A DNA stretch of 64,000 nucleotides from Minisyncoccota bacterium (GCA_041651055.1 JBAZJW010000002.1:90980-154979); one strand, 5' to 3'; counted from the stretch's first letter, positions 40,301-50,715 are shown. A program made the numbers and translations. The notes: generated by a model from the sequence alone, not told the origin.

Positions 40301-40431
40301 TCATTGTGGCGTTACAAGGCGGTGCTGTAAGTATTGCCGGTGCTGCAGTCCCGGCATCCGCTACATTCATGCCAATAGTGGCAAATGGTGGAAATACATA
40401 CCTTGTAGCTTTATTTGCGGTTCCACCCTAA
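37378..40431 (+). CDS. tail fiber with Gly/Tyr-rich repeat array
   Basis: 1017 aa; C-terminal third carries dozens of x-YGVYG-x-A units. Confidence 0.5.
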   Translation: MKRAEYFNKTIPTEDQLNYTEDSKVSALLERLRSDSQLGVVNGFIVTVNPVDSTLIDVGPGEGYTGGKYRQLDIKGEYSGERISTINDSTSGSTNFYTVQGQALASYVAGIKNYVSLVYAEVEDTALAEIDYPFTPHNTIVRDSFSVSVLAETDWNLLSLNEKRRRFLVAIITANGAGVPLTASSIQQVVQPKSHPTPTQPSNVSGAIITSLSQETLIGAGTLRYESSTKKLYWTAPGSTEGAGVTVTSSGSFTLYSFDVIYWITVEVTYASLPAGDETDSIDIISLYGSIIPRFSAVDSVHRDMVGSGVPTLSNPHGMTIDDLPGGGFDHADLFHRNGISYDSDPAQLECIINPDPGVDEILINNLGGFDNSFLVDGRVYEVVEGVPAGTDAVLSFDTVPSPDSGEYLIYLDSAGSLHSVKIGEVLWDANIYIVDMSNKTPGNATITWNAIGNVLTYQAPGDGAPGAAVRITGFASPTDPQLYKLYSSDLDNWVIVEMIGSVGLNNSTTFDTDKNNTTNDNEVILKLAVVGWDAVTETLSNVRDIRRFFTADIGFQFEEEHDSDGSHTKVLQNTLRLVNTTNPTIRAIAESVVISAYADDSTAVYGAAYDSYGVYGLAGGSYGVFGSAGGAYGVCGKASSYGVYGTASNYGVYGSANGNIPIGHVIGVYGSAVNVGAPNSAVGAVGNAAGVNATGVAGYAANGTGVYGSGDVYGIYGTAAEYAIRGVAAQSHAVWASAPQSAIHARAGQYAVWGSANSNSVGNIYGVFGSAVNGLNAHLAVGVIGQAGGVAATGVFGSAAQGRGVVGIGVVGVYGSANTNGVYGKALVEQGVYGEAVTAGVYGFASTYGVYGESDDDYGVYGTALVSYGVLGKAATVGVKGIASTYGVYGEADTYGVYGLGGDSYGVYGQAATIGVMGKATGINSRGVRGVCTAAGGYGVEGVGDSVGVFGDGDAGGWFEGDTFGVVISNTASFIVALQGGAVSIAGAAVPASATFMPIVANGGNTYLVALFAVPP
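39170..40250 (+). repeat. coding tandem-like repeat (tatggtgtgtatgg units encoding YGVYG)
   Basis: Repeated tat/tac-ggt-gtg/gta-tat/tac-gg visible in the DNA; produces spurious antisense His/Pro ORFs. Confidence 0.6.
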
Positions 40432-40442
40432 TTCATAATGAT

Positions 40443-41033
40443 TTATGAACAGTTGCTGTTGCAGTATTCGCTGCACACCGTCTGTTCGCATTTGTTTGCC
40501 TGATCTTCTTTGTACGTCTCTTTGTTGATACCGTTTCTTTTCACCAACATCAGAAAAAACGGATTACCGCAGTCAACTCTGTTTTCTTCACAGCCCCCAA
40601 ATCCATCATTAAGTTCCTGATTGTAATCAAAAAACGGACCATTGCTCAGACAACAACATGTGCTGCACTCATTACTCATGCCTCCGCACGCTTCGTTCCT
40701 CCCAGCAGTATATTCCTTTGTATACTGAATGCATGTTTCCGTGCACGTTCCATTTACACAAACGTTGAAATCACCGCAGTCCTGGTCATACATACAGGCG
40801 TCGCCGGTGCTGGAATCATATTGACGTGCATCGAATGTACATGAATAGGTGCCGTCTGAAAGCACAGAACAGTCGTTTTTGTTGTAACAGAACACCATTC
40901 CGGTGTCAAAGTCACTCAAACACAACTCTGAATCACCGCCGCACCCATTCAGGCTGATGATTGCCCAGGCCACCAGCACGGCCAGGATCATGAAACAAAC
41001 GGCGTAAAGGATCTCTCTAAAAAATTCCTTCAT
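40443..41033 (-). CDS. Cys-rich secreted/lipoprotein-like protein
   Basis: N-terminal TM/signal peptide ending SLNGC; more than 25 Cys; own promoter and AGGAGGT RBS. Confidence 0.45.
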   Translation of the reverse strand: MKEFFREILYAVCFMILAVLVAWAIISLNGCGGDSELCLSDFDTGMVFCYNKNDCSVLSDGTYSCTFDARQYDSSTGDACMYDQDCGDFNVCVNGTCTETCIQYTKEYTAGRNEACGGMSNECSTCCCLSNGPFFDYNQELNDGFGGCEENRVDCGNPFFLMLVKRNGINKETYKEDQANKCEQTVCSEYCNSNCS

Positions 41034-41045
41034 TTGAGTGACCTC

Positions 41046-41081
41046 CTACCCACATTCTACCACAGCTATAATATCCTGTCA
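41046..41081 (-). promoter_or_regulatory. promoter cassette copy (TTGACA-N17-TAGAAT)
   Basis: RC reads CTTGACAGGATATTATAGCTGTGGTAGAAT...AGGAGGT..ATG. Confidence 0.55.
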
Positions 41082-41098
41082 AGTATCAAAACGTATAG

Positions 41099-41299
41099 TC
41101 ATGTATGGTCATTGTTGTACTGTTCTGAGCATTCTGGGCAATAATACTCCGCATCAACGGTACCTGGGTGGGGTAATCTACACCAACCAGCATTTACTGC
41201 GGCACGTATAACGCCATTAGGCAGAATACCTTCAAAGATCTGTGATTTTCCGCACTTATCACAAACCACAACAAGCGTAATTTGCAGAGTTGCTGTCAT
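41099..41299 (-). CDS. Zn-ribbon protein
   Basis: CDKCGKS...CPEC. Confidence 0.4.
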   Translation of the reverse strand: MTATLQITLVVVCDKCGKSQIFEGILPNGVIRAAVNAGWCRLPHPGTVDAEYYCPECSEQYNNDHT

Positions 41300-41314
41300 A
41301 CTTGGAAAAGGAAA

Positions 41315-41503
41315 TTACACGCATTTGCATCCGAGTGATTTGGCCTGCAGGATTTCGTGCAGTTCTTCGATCTTCTCTTTGGCTTGTTCCAGTTCTTGTT
41401 CCAGAGATGAATTTGATTCTCGAAGACGGATAATTTCCTTTTGTAGACGTACGATTTCCTCATCCGCTTTTGACATCAGCGCTGCGTCAACTTGAAGGCC
41501 CAT
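41315..41503 (-). CDS. small coiled-coil protein
   Basis: Heptad-rich 62-aa protein (EIVRLQKEIIRLRESNSSLEQELEQAKEKIEEL). Confidence 0.35.
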   Translation of the reverse strand: MGLQVDAALMSKADEEIVRLQKEIIRLRESNSSLEQELEQAKEKIEELHEILQAKSLGCKCV

Positions 41504-41515
41504 AGATATCTCCTT

Positions 41516-42919
41516 TCAAATCTGGAAGATGGTTTCCTTGATGTGCTCAGTGTTGTTGAGATCGGAAGCGTCAATCGACCACAGCTTGTCGGACAGGGAC
41601 TTGAGGTCGTCGCCGTCTGCGGGTACACCACCAATGACCACAGAAAAGAGCCTGGCACCCAACTTCTTCTTGGTATTAGAGAGTGCTTCCTTATCGGGGA
41701 TGTTGCACAAACCGTCTGTGATGAACACAATGTCGGCTTTGGACATGGAAACGTTCTCCGTAACAGAGGAGAATGCCTTTCCAAGGGCTGACGAAAAATC
41801 TGTGCCTCCGCCGAAAAACATTTCCATGCACTTGAGCAAATCCTCGGTGTTGAATGGAGAGGTGAACTCCTGCTCGTGTCTGACGCACTCCGAGAAGTGG
41901 ATGATGCGGAAAGCGCGCTTTTGCTTAGAGGCCACGAAAGCCATCGCAAGTCCTACTGCTTTTGACCAGATCTCGGGTGCCCCTACCATGGAACCACTGT
42001 TGTCGATGCACACGACGATGGGACCCTTCTTCTCGGTGATGTGCTCGTCGAGCCGGTACTGTACCAGCCCCTTCTCCAGGTACCTCTTGAAGAAATCGAG
42101 TTCGAGATCCCCAGCCACCAGTTTCATGGCCTCAGCGGGGATCAACCGGCCGATGTCATTGCCCATCTCGATGTCGGTGATTTCATCGGGTCCCGGCTGC
42201 TTCTTGTTGGCCTGGTGCTTCTCCGCTTCGTTCTTGAAGCGACCAGCCATTTCCATGATCTGCTTCAGCTTGGCGCTGTTGCGGATCATTTCCATGACGC
42301 GCAGCTTCTGCTGGTCGCCGGTTAAAGAAGCCGCCCCGGAAGTCGAATTGTCATATCCAAAGACGGAGTTTGCTTCGCTGGCATCGTCAAGGGCTTCCTT
42401 GGCCTTTCCGAGCCCACGGCGGATTGCCTGGCGCACCTGGTAGCCATCCAGGTTATTGATGGCCTCAGACCACGCTTTCTTTGAATTGGCCAACTCCTGC
42501 TCCAGCTTTTCCTTGGTAACTTGGTAGTTGGGCCGATCCTGCATGTCTTCCAGGCCGTTCAGATCCCTTTCCACGTCCTTGGGATTGCGATCTTCCATCT
42601 TGGGCAGGGTACTGAGGATCTGCTCGGACAAAACGGAGGTGCCAAGGCCAGACTGGAAGGAATCAAACACCGTGCCTTGGCTGCGAATATCCTTCCACTC
42701 CTTCATGCCGCGCATCTCGTTGAACACCTTGGATGCCCACTCAGGAGAAGGATTATCAAAGTCGGGGTTGGACTGGAATAGGCTACCAAACACACCGGCT
42801 TGGAAGTCCCTGAAGTCCGAGTAACCCTTCGAGACACCACTGTTTTCCACCGTCTTCAGGCCACCGTGCGCCTCGAAGAAGTTGTCAAAGGACATCTTTT
42901 CCCAGGAGGAAAGCTTCAT
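41516..42919 (-). CDS. von Willebrand factor A (VWA) domain protein, MoxR partner
   Basis: MIDAS motif VVCIDNSGSM ... GGGTDF; start ATG 42919 is 10 nt after the MoxR stop with a GAGGG RBS. Confidence 0.75.
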   Translation of the reverse strand: MKLSSWEKMSFDNFFEAHGGLKTVENSGVSKGYSDFRDFQAGVFGSLFQSNPDFDNPSPEWASKVFNEMRGMKEWKDIRSQGTVFDSFQSGLGTSVLSEQILSTLPKMEDRNPKDVERDLNGLEDMQDRPNYQVTKEKLEQELANSKKAWSEAINNLDGYQVRQAIRRGLGKAKEALDDASEANSVFGYDNSTSGAASLTGDQQKLRVMEMIRNSAKLKQIMEMAGRFKNEAEKHQANKKQPGPDEITDIEMGNDIGRLIPAEAMKLVAGDLELDFFKRYLEKGLVQYRLDEHITEKKGPIVVCIDNSGSMVGAPEIWSKAVGLAMAFVASKQKRAFRIIHFSECVRHEQEFTSPFNTEDLLKCMEMFFGGGTDFSSALGKAFSSVTENVSMSKADIVFITDGLCNIPDKEALSNTKKKLGARLFSVVIGGVPADGDDLKSLSDKLWSIDASDLNNTEHIKETIFQI

Positions 42920-42929
42920 GACAGCACCC

Positions 42930-45077
<2,148 letters not shown>

Positions 45078-45112
45078 GCGAACCTCCTAATTGAAAACTT
45101 GATCCTAAGACC

Positions 45113-45141
45113 ATTATACCACAGCTATAATACGCTGTCAA
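45113..45141 (-). promoter_or_regulatory. promoter cassette copy (TTGACA-N17-TATAAT) for MoxR operon
   Basis: -10 RC at 45113-45118, -35 RC at 45136-45141, AGGAGGTT RBS 45081-45088, ACCATAC direct repeats upstream. Confidence 0.7.
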
Positions 45142-45191
45142 GTATTTCGAACAAACGACGACGTATGGTCATGTATGGTAAATAAGACGGT

Positions 45192-45488
45192 TTACCCGAT
45201 CAACAACTTGGCGTGTTCTTTTAGTGCTTCATTGAATGTGCCTGAAGCAATAAGATTACATGAACACTTGTTTGATACCAGTGGTGAAATATCGACTTTG
45301 TAGATGTCCACTTCAAACTCAGAATAAAAGTTTGGATCCAAAGCCCTTTTCTTTTTAACCAAATCCTCGCGCATTAGCATATGATCTGGGTATGTTAATA
45401 CTTCACGGTGTAGAAGTGTTGGACCAAACTTGGGTTTATCGGTTTGGGTGATGATTACCATCAAGAAAGAAGCGTTATTTAGATCCAT
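45192..45488 (-). CDS. hypothetical early protein
   Basis: 98-aa ORF. Confidence 0.35.
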   Translation of the reverse strand: MDLNNASFLMVIITQTDKPKFGPTLLHREVLTYPDHMLMREDLVKKKRALDPNFYSEFEVDIYKVDISPLVSNKCSCNLIASGTFNEALKEHAKLLIG

Positions 45489-45578
45489 TTTGTGTACTAC
45501 CCTTTCTGGTAACTACTTTGCTGTAGATTATCAAAATGGTCAACAGTATCCCGATACCAGTATGCACAAATTCGCTCA

Positions 45579-45851
45579 TCAGAACAGCTTCTTGCCGCTG
45601 ATTCTGAATTTGACTGTGCCGTTGTCCAGGGTAAATTCGCATAACATTTCCTTGCAATTAGTCTTGTTGCCGTACTGCTTTTCGTCCAACACCTTCCAAT
45701 GTCCGTGTACGGTACACCCAGCCACAAACCTGCTTCTGATTTTCTCAGCCTCTGCGAAAAATTGATCCCACGAAGGATCCTTTTCAAGTGCAATACGCTC
45801 GTGAAGAAAACCCTCAGTGTCACGCACTTCGTACACAGCCTTAGTAATCAT
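45579..45851 (-). CDS. hypothetical early protein
   Basis: 90-aa ORF. Confidence 0.35.
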   Translation of the reverse strand: MITKAVYEVRDTEGFLHERIALEKDPSWDQFFAEAEKIRSRFVAGCTVHGHWKVLDEKQYGNKTNCKEMLCEFTLDNGTVKFRISGKKLF

Positions 45852-45878
45852 ATTCCTTCTCCTGTGATAGTATGAGTT

Positions 45879-46109
45879 TTATTCCTCTGTGAAATGTCCG
45901 GGTGACTGCAATTGACTGTGGAGTCGGAGTATTCTTTCTTTGTCTTCGGGCTTTACTTCCACGTCTTTGTAAAAACACGTTGAAGCAATTGAATCTAGTG
46001 CGCGTGGGTACGATACGGATTGCAGGTAGTATCCTGCATTTTCTTGGCAACATACTCCATATTCAACCAAACAACGTTCTAGAAAATCTTTTAATGTTTC
46101 CGCTTTCAC
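45879..46109 (-). CDS. hypothetical early protein
   Basis: 76-aa ORF. Confidence 0.35.
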   Translation of the reverse strand: MKAETLKDFLERCLVEYGVCCQENAGYYLQSVSYPRALDSIASTCFYKDVEVKPEDKERILRLHSQLQSPGHFTEE

Positions 46110-46112
46110 AGT

Positions 46113-46331
46113 TTACCACCCCACATTTCTATGTCCAGTGGTTTTGCTGTATACTTGGTTTCCGTATTCATCCCAAACGGCGTCAATTTCGTAACCATAA
46201 AAGGTTCCGTGTTTCTTGAGGTACTTCTCTTCTGCTGCGTGCATGGCATCCACGGTGTTTTCAGCACGTACACGCACCTGTGATTTGCACTCACCGTCAG
46301 TTTCCTTGAACTTGACTGTGTATAGATTCAT
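46113..46331 (-). CDS. hypothetical early protein
   Basis: 72-aa ORF with AAAGGAGA RBS. Confidence 0.4.
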   Translation of the reverse strand: MNLYTVKFKETDGECKSQVRVRAENTVDAMHAAEEKYLKKHGTFYGYEIDAVWDEYGNQVYSKTTGHRNVGW

Positions 46332-46354
46332 ACGCTTTCTCCTTTGCGTATTCT

Positions 46355-46427
46355 TTATTGTATGGGACCGGTGGGATTCGGACCCACATTCCCTTGATTA
46401 AAAGTCAAGTGCGTTACCAATTGCGCC
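46355..46427 (-). tRNA. tRNA-Lys (anticodon UUU)
   Basis: 73 nt GGGACCGTGGCGCAATTGGTAACGCACTTGACTTTTAATCAAGGGAATGTGGGTCCGAATCCCACCGGTCCCA. 7-bp acceptor stem, anticodon stem CTTGA/TCAAG with loop CTTTTAA, T-stem GTGGG/CCCAC; T-loop TCCGAAT has C rather than U at position 55. Confidence 0.8.
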
Positions 46428-46452
46428 ACGGTCCCGTATTACCAAAGATCAA

Positions 46453-46480
46453 CAACATTTGTATTATACTGCGAGGAGTG
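46453..46480 (-). promoter_or_regulatory. promoter TTTACT-N16-TATAAT upstream of tRNA-Lys
   Basis: RC reads TTTACTGACACACTCCTCGCAGTATAAT, about 27 nt before the tRNA 5' end. Confidence 0.45.
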
Positions 46481-46482
46481 TG

Positions 46483-46776
46483 TCAGTAAATCGGTTTGGT
46501 CCAGTCTGGTGTGGTGCCGGTATTCTCCATTTCTTCGATCTCATCATCCTCCATATCCAACCATTCGTTGTCATGAAAGATTTGTATTCTGCCCGCATTG
46601 CAGTAATCAGGCTTGATGTTGTGCTGGAGCTGGAAAAGATCGTAATCACCCAGCACACTGAGCAACAGCCTGGCATCCCTGATGCTGCTTACAGGGACCT
46701 CGAATCCCTCCATGGGCACCTGTGGGATCCACCAAATCCTCAGATCTCCCTCTGCAGGTTCGTGCTTTGTAGCCAT
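46483..46776 (-). CDS. acidic hypothetical early protein
   Basis: 97-aa ORF. Confidence 0.35.
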   Translation of the reverse strand: MATKHEPAEGDLRIWWIPQVPMEGFEVPVSSIRDARLLLSVLGDYDLFQLQHNIKPDYCNAGRIQIFHDNEWLDMEDDEIEEMENTGTTPDWTKPIY

Positions 46777-46971
46777 CTAAACCTCCTTAATCATTTCCAC
46801 GGACAGTTCGTAGATAGCGAACTCTACATTCCATCCATATTTCTCGTCCAGCTCCTGCTTGAACTTTTCGGCGTCTTCTGCAGTGAAAAAGATCCTGTCG
46901 TGTTGCGCCTTGCACAGCTTCGGCATCGAGCCGTCTGAGCGTCGAGCTGCTACAATAAATGCCTGGTACAT
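46777..46971 (-). CDS. hypothetical early protein
   Basis: 64-aa ORF. Confidence 0.35.
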   Translation of the reverse strand: MYQAFIVAARRSDGSMPKLCKAQHDRIFFTAEDAEKFKQELDEKYGWNVEFAIYELSVEMIKEV

Positions 46972-46980
46972 AATATCACT

Positions 46981-47811
46981 TCACAGCTCCATCAACTTGG
47001 CCTTGACCTGGTTCTCCATGGCATTCAACTTCTCCAGCACGTTCTCACCAGAGAACTTCAATCTCTCGGCGTAGAACTCCACTTCCTTCTTGGTTTCACG
47101 GAAACGTTCGAGAGTGGCTGCCCAACCCTTGGGGGTGCTGAACTTGTTGTTGTTGATCTCCTCCTGGAAGTTATCCAAACGACGGTTCATGTCTTCCATG
47201 AGGCTGTTGTAAATCGCCTTCTTGGTGTCTTCGGTGTTGATCTGAGGCACCAACACCATGCTGCATCCCTCCAGGGACTTGAGCAGTGCCTCCACCTGCT
47301 TGAGTTCCCTGGTGAACTTCTCATCAGCGTAGTAGATACCGCCGCCTTCACGGACAGTCACAGGCGTCATCTTGTCGATGATGTCCTTGATGATCAAACG
47401 CATGTCGTAGGACGTGAGGTTTTCCTTGAAGGAGTTGTACTTGTCCTTGATGAGATCAAAGGCGCGGTGTGGATGATCACAGGTCAGCAACCCGGTCTTC
47501 TGATTGAAAGACATGGTAGCCGAGTGGTGGTACTGCAGGTCCTGTGCCTTGGGGTCAACCTTTTCATCCACCAACCCCACCAGGTGCTGGTCTTTGTCCT
47601 TGGCGATCATACGCACCAAGACATGGTGCTGTCCCTGTTGCTGTTTGACCTGACGCACTGCATTGAGGTAGGCTGTGCGGTCGCAGTCCTTGATGTCGTA
47701 CTTGATGCCCACCTTTTTACAGGAGGCGAGGAAGTCCACCTTCTTGACCAGGACTTCGCGGATGCTCCACCAGAAGAAGTACCCCATGATCACGAGTCCG
47801 TTGGCTGTCAT
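46981..47811 (-). CDS. hypothetical early protein (276 aa)
   Basis: AAGGAGA RBS; first gene after promoter copy at 47834-47862. Confidence 0.4.
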   Translation of the reverse strand: MTANGLVIMGYFFWWSIREVLVKKVDFLASCKKVGIKYDIKDCDRTAYLNAVRQVKQQQGQHHVLVRMIAKDKDQHLVGLVDEKVDPKAQDLQYHHSATMSFNQKTGLLTCDHPHRAFDLIKDKYNSFKENLTSYDMRLIIKDIIDKMTPVTVREGGGIYYADEKFTRELKQVEALLKSLEGCSMVLVPQINTEDTKKAIYNSLMEDMNRRLDNFQEEINNNKFSTPKGWAATLERFRETKKEVEFYAERLKFSGENVLEKLNAMENQVKAKLMEL

Positions 47812-47833
47812 GTCTAAATCTCCTTTCGATCAA

Positions 47834-47862
47834 ATTGTACCACATCTATAATAACGAGTCAA
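47834..47862 (-). promoter_or_regulatory. promoter cassette copy (TTGACT-N17-TACAAT)
   Basis: RC reads CTTGACTCGTTATTATAGATGTGGTACAAT. Confidence 0.5.
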
Positions 47863-47883
47863 GTATCTGTCGTTGTGTGCATA

Positions 47884-47910
47884 CGTCCCCAAGGGGATTC
47901 GAACCCCTGT
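47884..47910 (-). pseudogene. tRNA 3' fragment (T-arm plus 3' acceptor strand only)
   Basis: RC ACAGGGGTTCGAATCCCCTTGGGGACG; no matching 5' half within 80 nt. Confidence 0.3.
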
Positions 47911-47957
47911 ACCAAGCTTGAAGAGACAAACGCCATTTATGTTGAGAAAAATGATCA

Positions 47958-48527
47958 TTAAACGCACTTTTTGCCATTGCGGATGTGCTTCTTTACTGTT
48001 TGAAAACTTACACCAAACATTTTACTAACTCCTAAAATACTATTATCTTTTATTAATTTCATAAGTTCATTGTGAGTAGGCCAACACACCTTTTGATGGT
48101 CTAACTGGCAACATTTAATAGAACAATAACGGTGTCCGTTTCTTTTCACAGGAAAACTGCAACCACAGTGTTCACACACAGATGTTGTACCTCTCTTGGT
48201 GTTTTTCTTGCTGTTCTTTTTATTTCTAATCCACTTTGAGTACTCATTTGATTTATCTGAATTAAAATGAATCTCAGAGTGACAATTTGCACACAGTAAT
48301 TGGCATTTATCTAACTCTTCCTTCATTGTTTCTAGACTACGTTTTCTCATGTGATGCCAAGAAAATTTTTTATTTAATGGGTCTTTATGGTGAAACACAA
48401 GAGCACCTATACATTTATTGTACCCACATATTTCGCATTTGCCTCCTTTATACTCTACAGCCATCTCCTTCAAATACACATATCTACGTTTTATGTATTC
48501 AGAATTATATTTTTGATCATCATTCAT
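47958..48527 (-). CDS. HNH homing endonuclease
   Basis: CEICGYNKC...VFHHKDPLNKK...LLCANCHSEIH (HNH motif) plus C-terminal CxxC zinc ribbon. Confidence 0.8.
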   Translation of the reverse strand: MNDDQKYNSEYIKRRYVYLKEMAVEYKGGKCEICGYNKCIGALVFHHKDPLNKKFSWHHMRKRSLETMKEELDKCQLLCANCHSEIHFNSDKSNEYSKWIRNKKNSKKNTKRGTTSVCEHCGCSFPVKRNGHRYCSIKCCQLDHQKVCWPTHNELMKLIKDNSILGVSKMFGVSFQTVKKHIRNGKKCV

Positions 48528-48827
48528 GTTTGTTAGGTACCACTTTTCTCAGACAGGGCATCATCTCACTTTCCTACTTTCTTGGCGCGTCGCTTTCGGG
48601 CGCGCTTGATGGCCTGAATGACTACGTTGATGATGCTCACCCCCATAAATCCACCTTCCCTAGAACAACTCAGAATCTGTTCTTGAAAGTAAACATGCAA
48701 CTATGTAAATACCAGAAAAAATGTTGTTAAATGCTCCTCCTCCAGTATATTGTGCCTGACAACTATCCCATCTAATACAGTTGTGACAGTTGTAATGCTC
48801 ACCATTTTGTAAATAACGATTCAATAT

Positions 48828-49070
48828 CTACTCCTTCATGCTCAAGAAATTGTCATAGAATGACATACGACCACTTACACACTCCTGGAAATTGAAGTAG
48901 CACCCGCATGCAGGATCGTAGTGTTCGCAATCCTTGCAGTCCTTGCTTATTGCCCACTGCAAGAACGCCTGGACCATGGTGGCTGCTCCAATTTCTGCCA
49001 GCGTTTGCATGCGCCTGTCCTGATCGTGAGAGGAACTGTATGACGTGTGCAAGTCTTCCCAGGAAAACAT
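48828..49070 (-). CDS. small Cys-rich protein
   Basis: CKDCEHYDPACGCYFNFQEC. Confidence 0.35.
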   Translation of the reverse strand: MFSWEDLHTSYSSSHDQDRRMQTLAEIGAATMVQAFLQWAISKDCKDCEHYDPACGCYFNFQECVSGRMSFYDNFLSMKE

Positions 49071-49082
49071 TCCCTTCCCCCT

Positions 49083-49232
49083 TTACTGTTCGCTGCAAAA
49101 AACGTTCAGGACGATGAAAGCAAACGTGTCAAGCACGGCGCTGAAAAAGGACTTACAAAATCCGTGCTTCATATATTTGTGGTAAAGGTACTCACCACGA
49201 AAGTTGGCCAAAATTTTGTTGAAAAAACTCAT
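49083..49232 (-). CDS. small hypothetical protein (49 aa)
   Basis: ATGA overlap with the upstream 54-aa ORF. Confidence 0.3.
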   Translation of the reverse strand: MSFFNKILANFRGEYLYHKYMKHGFCKSFFSAVLDTFAFIVLNVFCSEQ

Positions 49233-49393
49233 GCCAAACCGTTCTCTTTCATGAACTTGACGGTCTTTTCCGCGTCCTGCATCACCTCCTGCACGGCACA
49301 CACCCCATGCACTCCGTCGTGTTTGTTGAGCAGCTCGGCCATGGCCTGGTTGAGTTCACTGATGAGAGAGGAAACTTTGTCGAGAACTGGCAT
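49229..49393 (-). CDS. 54-aa ORF carrying a duplicated MoxR N-terminus (first 20 aa identical)
   Basis: MPVLDKVSSLISELNQAMAE identical to MoxR residues 1-20; the DNA differs only at synonymous sites; same promoter/RBS cassette upstream. Confidence 0.45.
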   Translation of the reverse strand: MPVLDKVSSLISELNQAMAELLNKHDGVHGVCAVQEVMQDAEKTVKFMKENGLA

Positions 49394-49428
49394 GTGAACC
49401 TCCTAATTGAAAACTTGATCCTAAGACC

Positions 49429-49457
49429 ATTATACCACAGCTATAATACTCTGTCAA
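49429..49457 (-). promoter_or_regulatory. promoter cassette copy (TTGACA-N17-TATAAT)
   Basis: Near-identical to the copy at 45113-45141, including UTR and AGGAGGTT. Confidence 0.7.
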
Positions 49458-49496
49458 GTATTTCGAACAAACGATGACGTATGGTCATATATGGTA

Positions 49497-50715
49497 ATTA
49501 GAACAAGCTAAATGTACGATGGTTAATTCATCTTTATTTTTCAATGTTTTACTTTCTTTGTGCATAAGACTTTCAAATACCGTCTCTATCCAACACATGT
49601 GCAGGTCACTTTGCTAAATACTACATTAGAAATCTGTCGTCAAGTCTATAATAAAACATTGGGTATGAGAAAATATACTTACGAGACTGAGAAAAAGTCT
49701 TTATCTTTGTACGATACTCACAACCTATTAACTAAATGGAAAAAGGATAGTGTTCATTGGAACAGTGTTTATTCACAAGTACTAACTAATGTACAAGTCC
49801 GAGTCGATTTAGCCTATAAAGCTTTCTTTCGCAGAGTTAAAGCTAAGCAAACTCCTGGTTTTCCGCGTTTCAAGGGCAAGGGGCGTTATGATAGCTTTAC
49901 TTTTCCTCAAGCTAGTAATCAAGGTGCTAAAATCGTTGGAGGTGGTCTTAGACTCAGCAAGATCGGTATTATATCTACAGTCTTTCATCGTCCAGTCCAA
50001 GGCAAAATCAAGACGATCACTATACGCAAATCATCTACTAACAAGTGGTATGCCTATATCAATGTAGAAATAGATCCTGTACGTTTACCAGCAAATGACT
50101 TGGCAGTAGGTATAGATTTAGGTATAAAGACTTTTGCTGTCTTGTCCAATGGTGAGACTGTACCCAACCCAAGATTTTTCAAGAGATCAGAAAAGAAATT
50201 AGCTAAAGTACAACGCAAGTATTCAAAGCTTGAAAAAGGATCAAGTAAGAGACGTGCGTATCGTAAAGTCGTAGCACGAGTCTATGAAAAGATTTCAAAT
50301 CAACGCAAAGATTTTGCTCATAAACTTAGCAGAAGTCTCGTTCATCAGTTTGGTACAGTGGTGTTCGAGGATCTCAACATACGAGGCATGATACAAGATG
50401 GTCACTTAGCAAAAAGTATCCATGACGTAGCTTGGCATCAGCTAGTACAATACACTATCTACAAAGCGGAAGAGGCTGGTAGGAGTGTAATACTAGTAGA
50501 TCCAAGAAACACGTCGAAAAAGTGCAGCAGATGTGGTAGCATAAAAGAGGATCTAACGCTTGATGACAGGACTTACATTTGTACGAGGTGTGGCTTGGTC
50601 TTAGATCGTGACTTCAACGCATCCATAAATATCTTGGCGCTGGGGCTGCAGCGCCGGGGGCGCTGTGCCCCGCGTAGACGTGTAGACCTAAGCACGTAAC
50701 AGCCACGAGCACACG
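49497..50715 (+). mobile_element. IS200/IS605-family tnpB-only element (approximate ends)
   Basis: Bounded on the left by the end of the promoter cassette and on the right by GC-rich hairpins at the tnpB 3' end (GGCGCTG-GGGCTG-CAGCGCC; GGGGC-GCTGT-GCCCC), typical of the right-end/omegaRNA scaffold. Confidence 0.45.
49560..50699 (+). CDS. tnpB: TnpB (IS605 OrfB) RNA-guided endonuclease
   Basis: FKYRLYPT...; RuvC-I GIDLGIKTFA; RuvC-II FEDLNIRGM; CSRCG...CTRCG zinc finger; RuvC-III DRDFNASINIL. Confidence 0.85.
   Translation: MHKTFKYRLYPTHVQVTLLNTTLEICRQVYNKTLGMRKYTYETEKKSLSLYDTHNLLTKWKKDSVHWNSVYSQVLTNVQVRVDLAYKAFFRRVKAKQTPGFPRFKGKGRYDSFTFPQASNQGAKIVGGGLRLSKIGIISTVFHRPVQGKIKTITIRKSSTNKWYAYINVEIDPVRLPANDLAVGIDLGIKTFAVLSNGETVPNPRFFKRSEKKLAKVQRKYSKLEKGSSKRRAYRKVVARVYEKISNQRKDFAHKLSRSLVHQFGTVVFEDLNIRGMIQDGHLAKSIHDVAWHQLVQYTIYKAEEAGRSVILVDPRNTSKKCSRCGSIKEDLTLDDRTYICTRCGLVLDRDFNASINILALGLQRRGRCAPRRRVDLST

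Noticed and set aside
45125-45130. Plus-strand TATAAT inside the promoter cassette, suggesting bidirectional promoters
   Set aside because: No acceptable -35 element at 16-18 nt upstream on the plus strand; it is part of the ACAGC-N8-GCTGT inverted repeat in the spacer of the minus-strand promoter.
47878-47960. Complete second tRNA gene next to the HNH gene
   Set aside because: Only the T-arm and 3' acceptor strand are present; the required 5' acceptor complement GTCCCCA is absent upstream, so it is kept only as a fragment or pseudogene.
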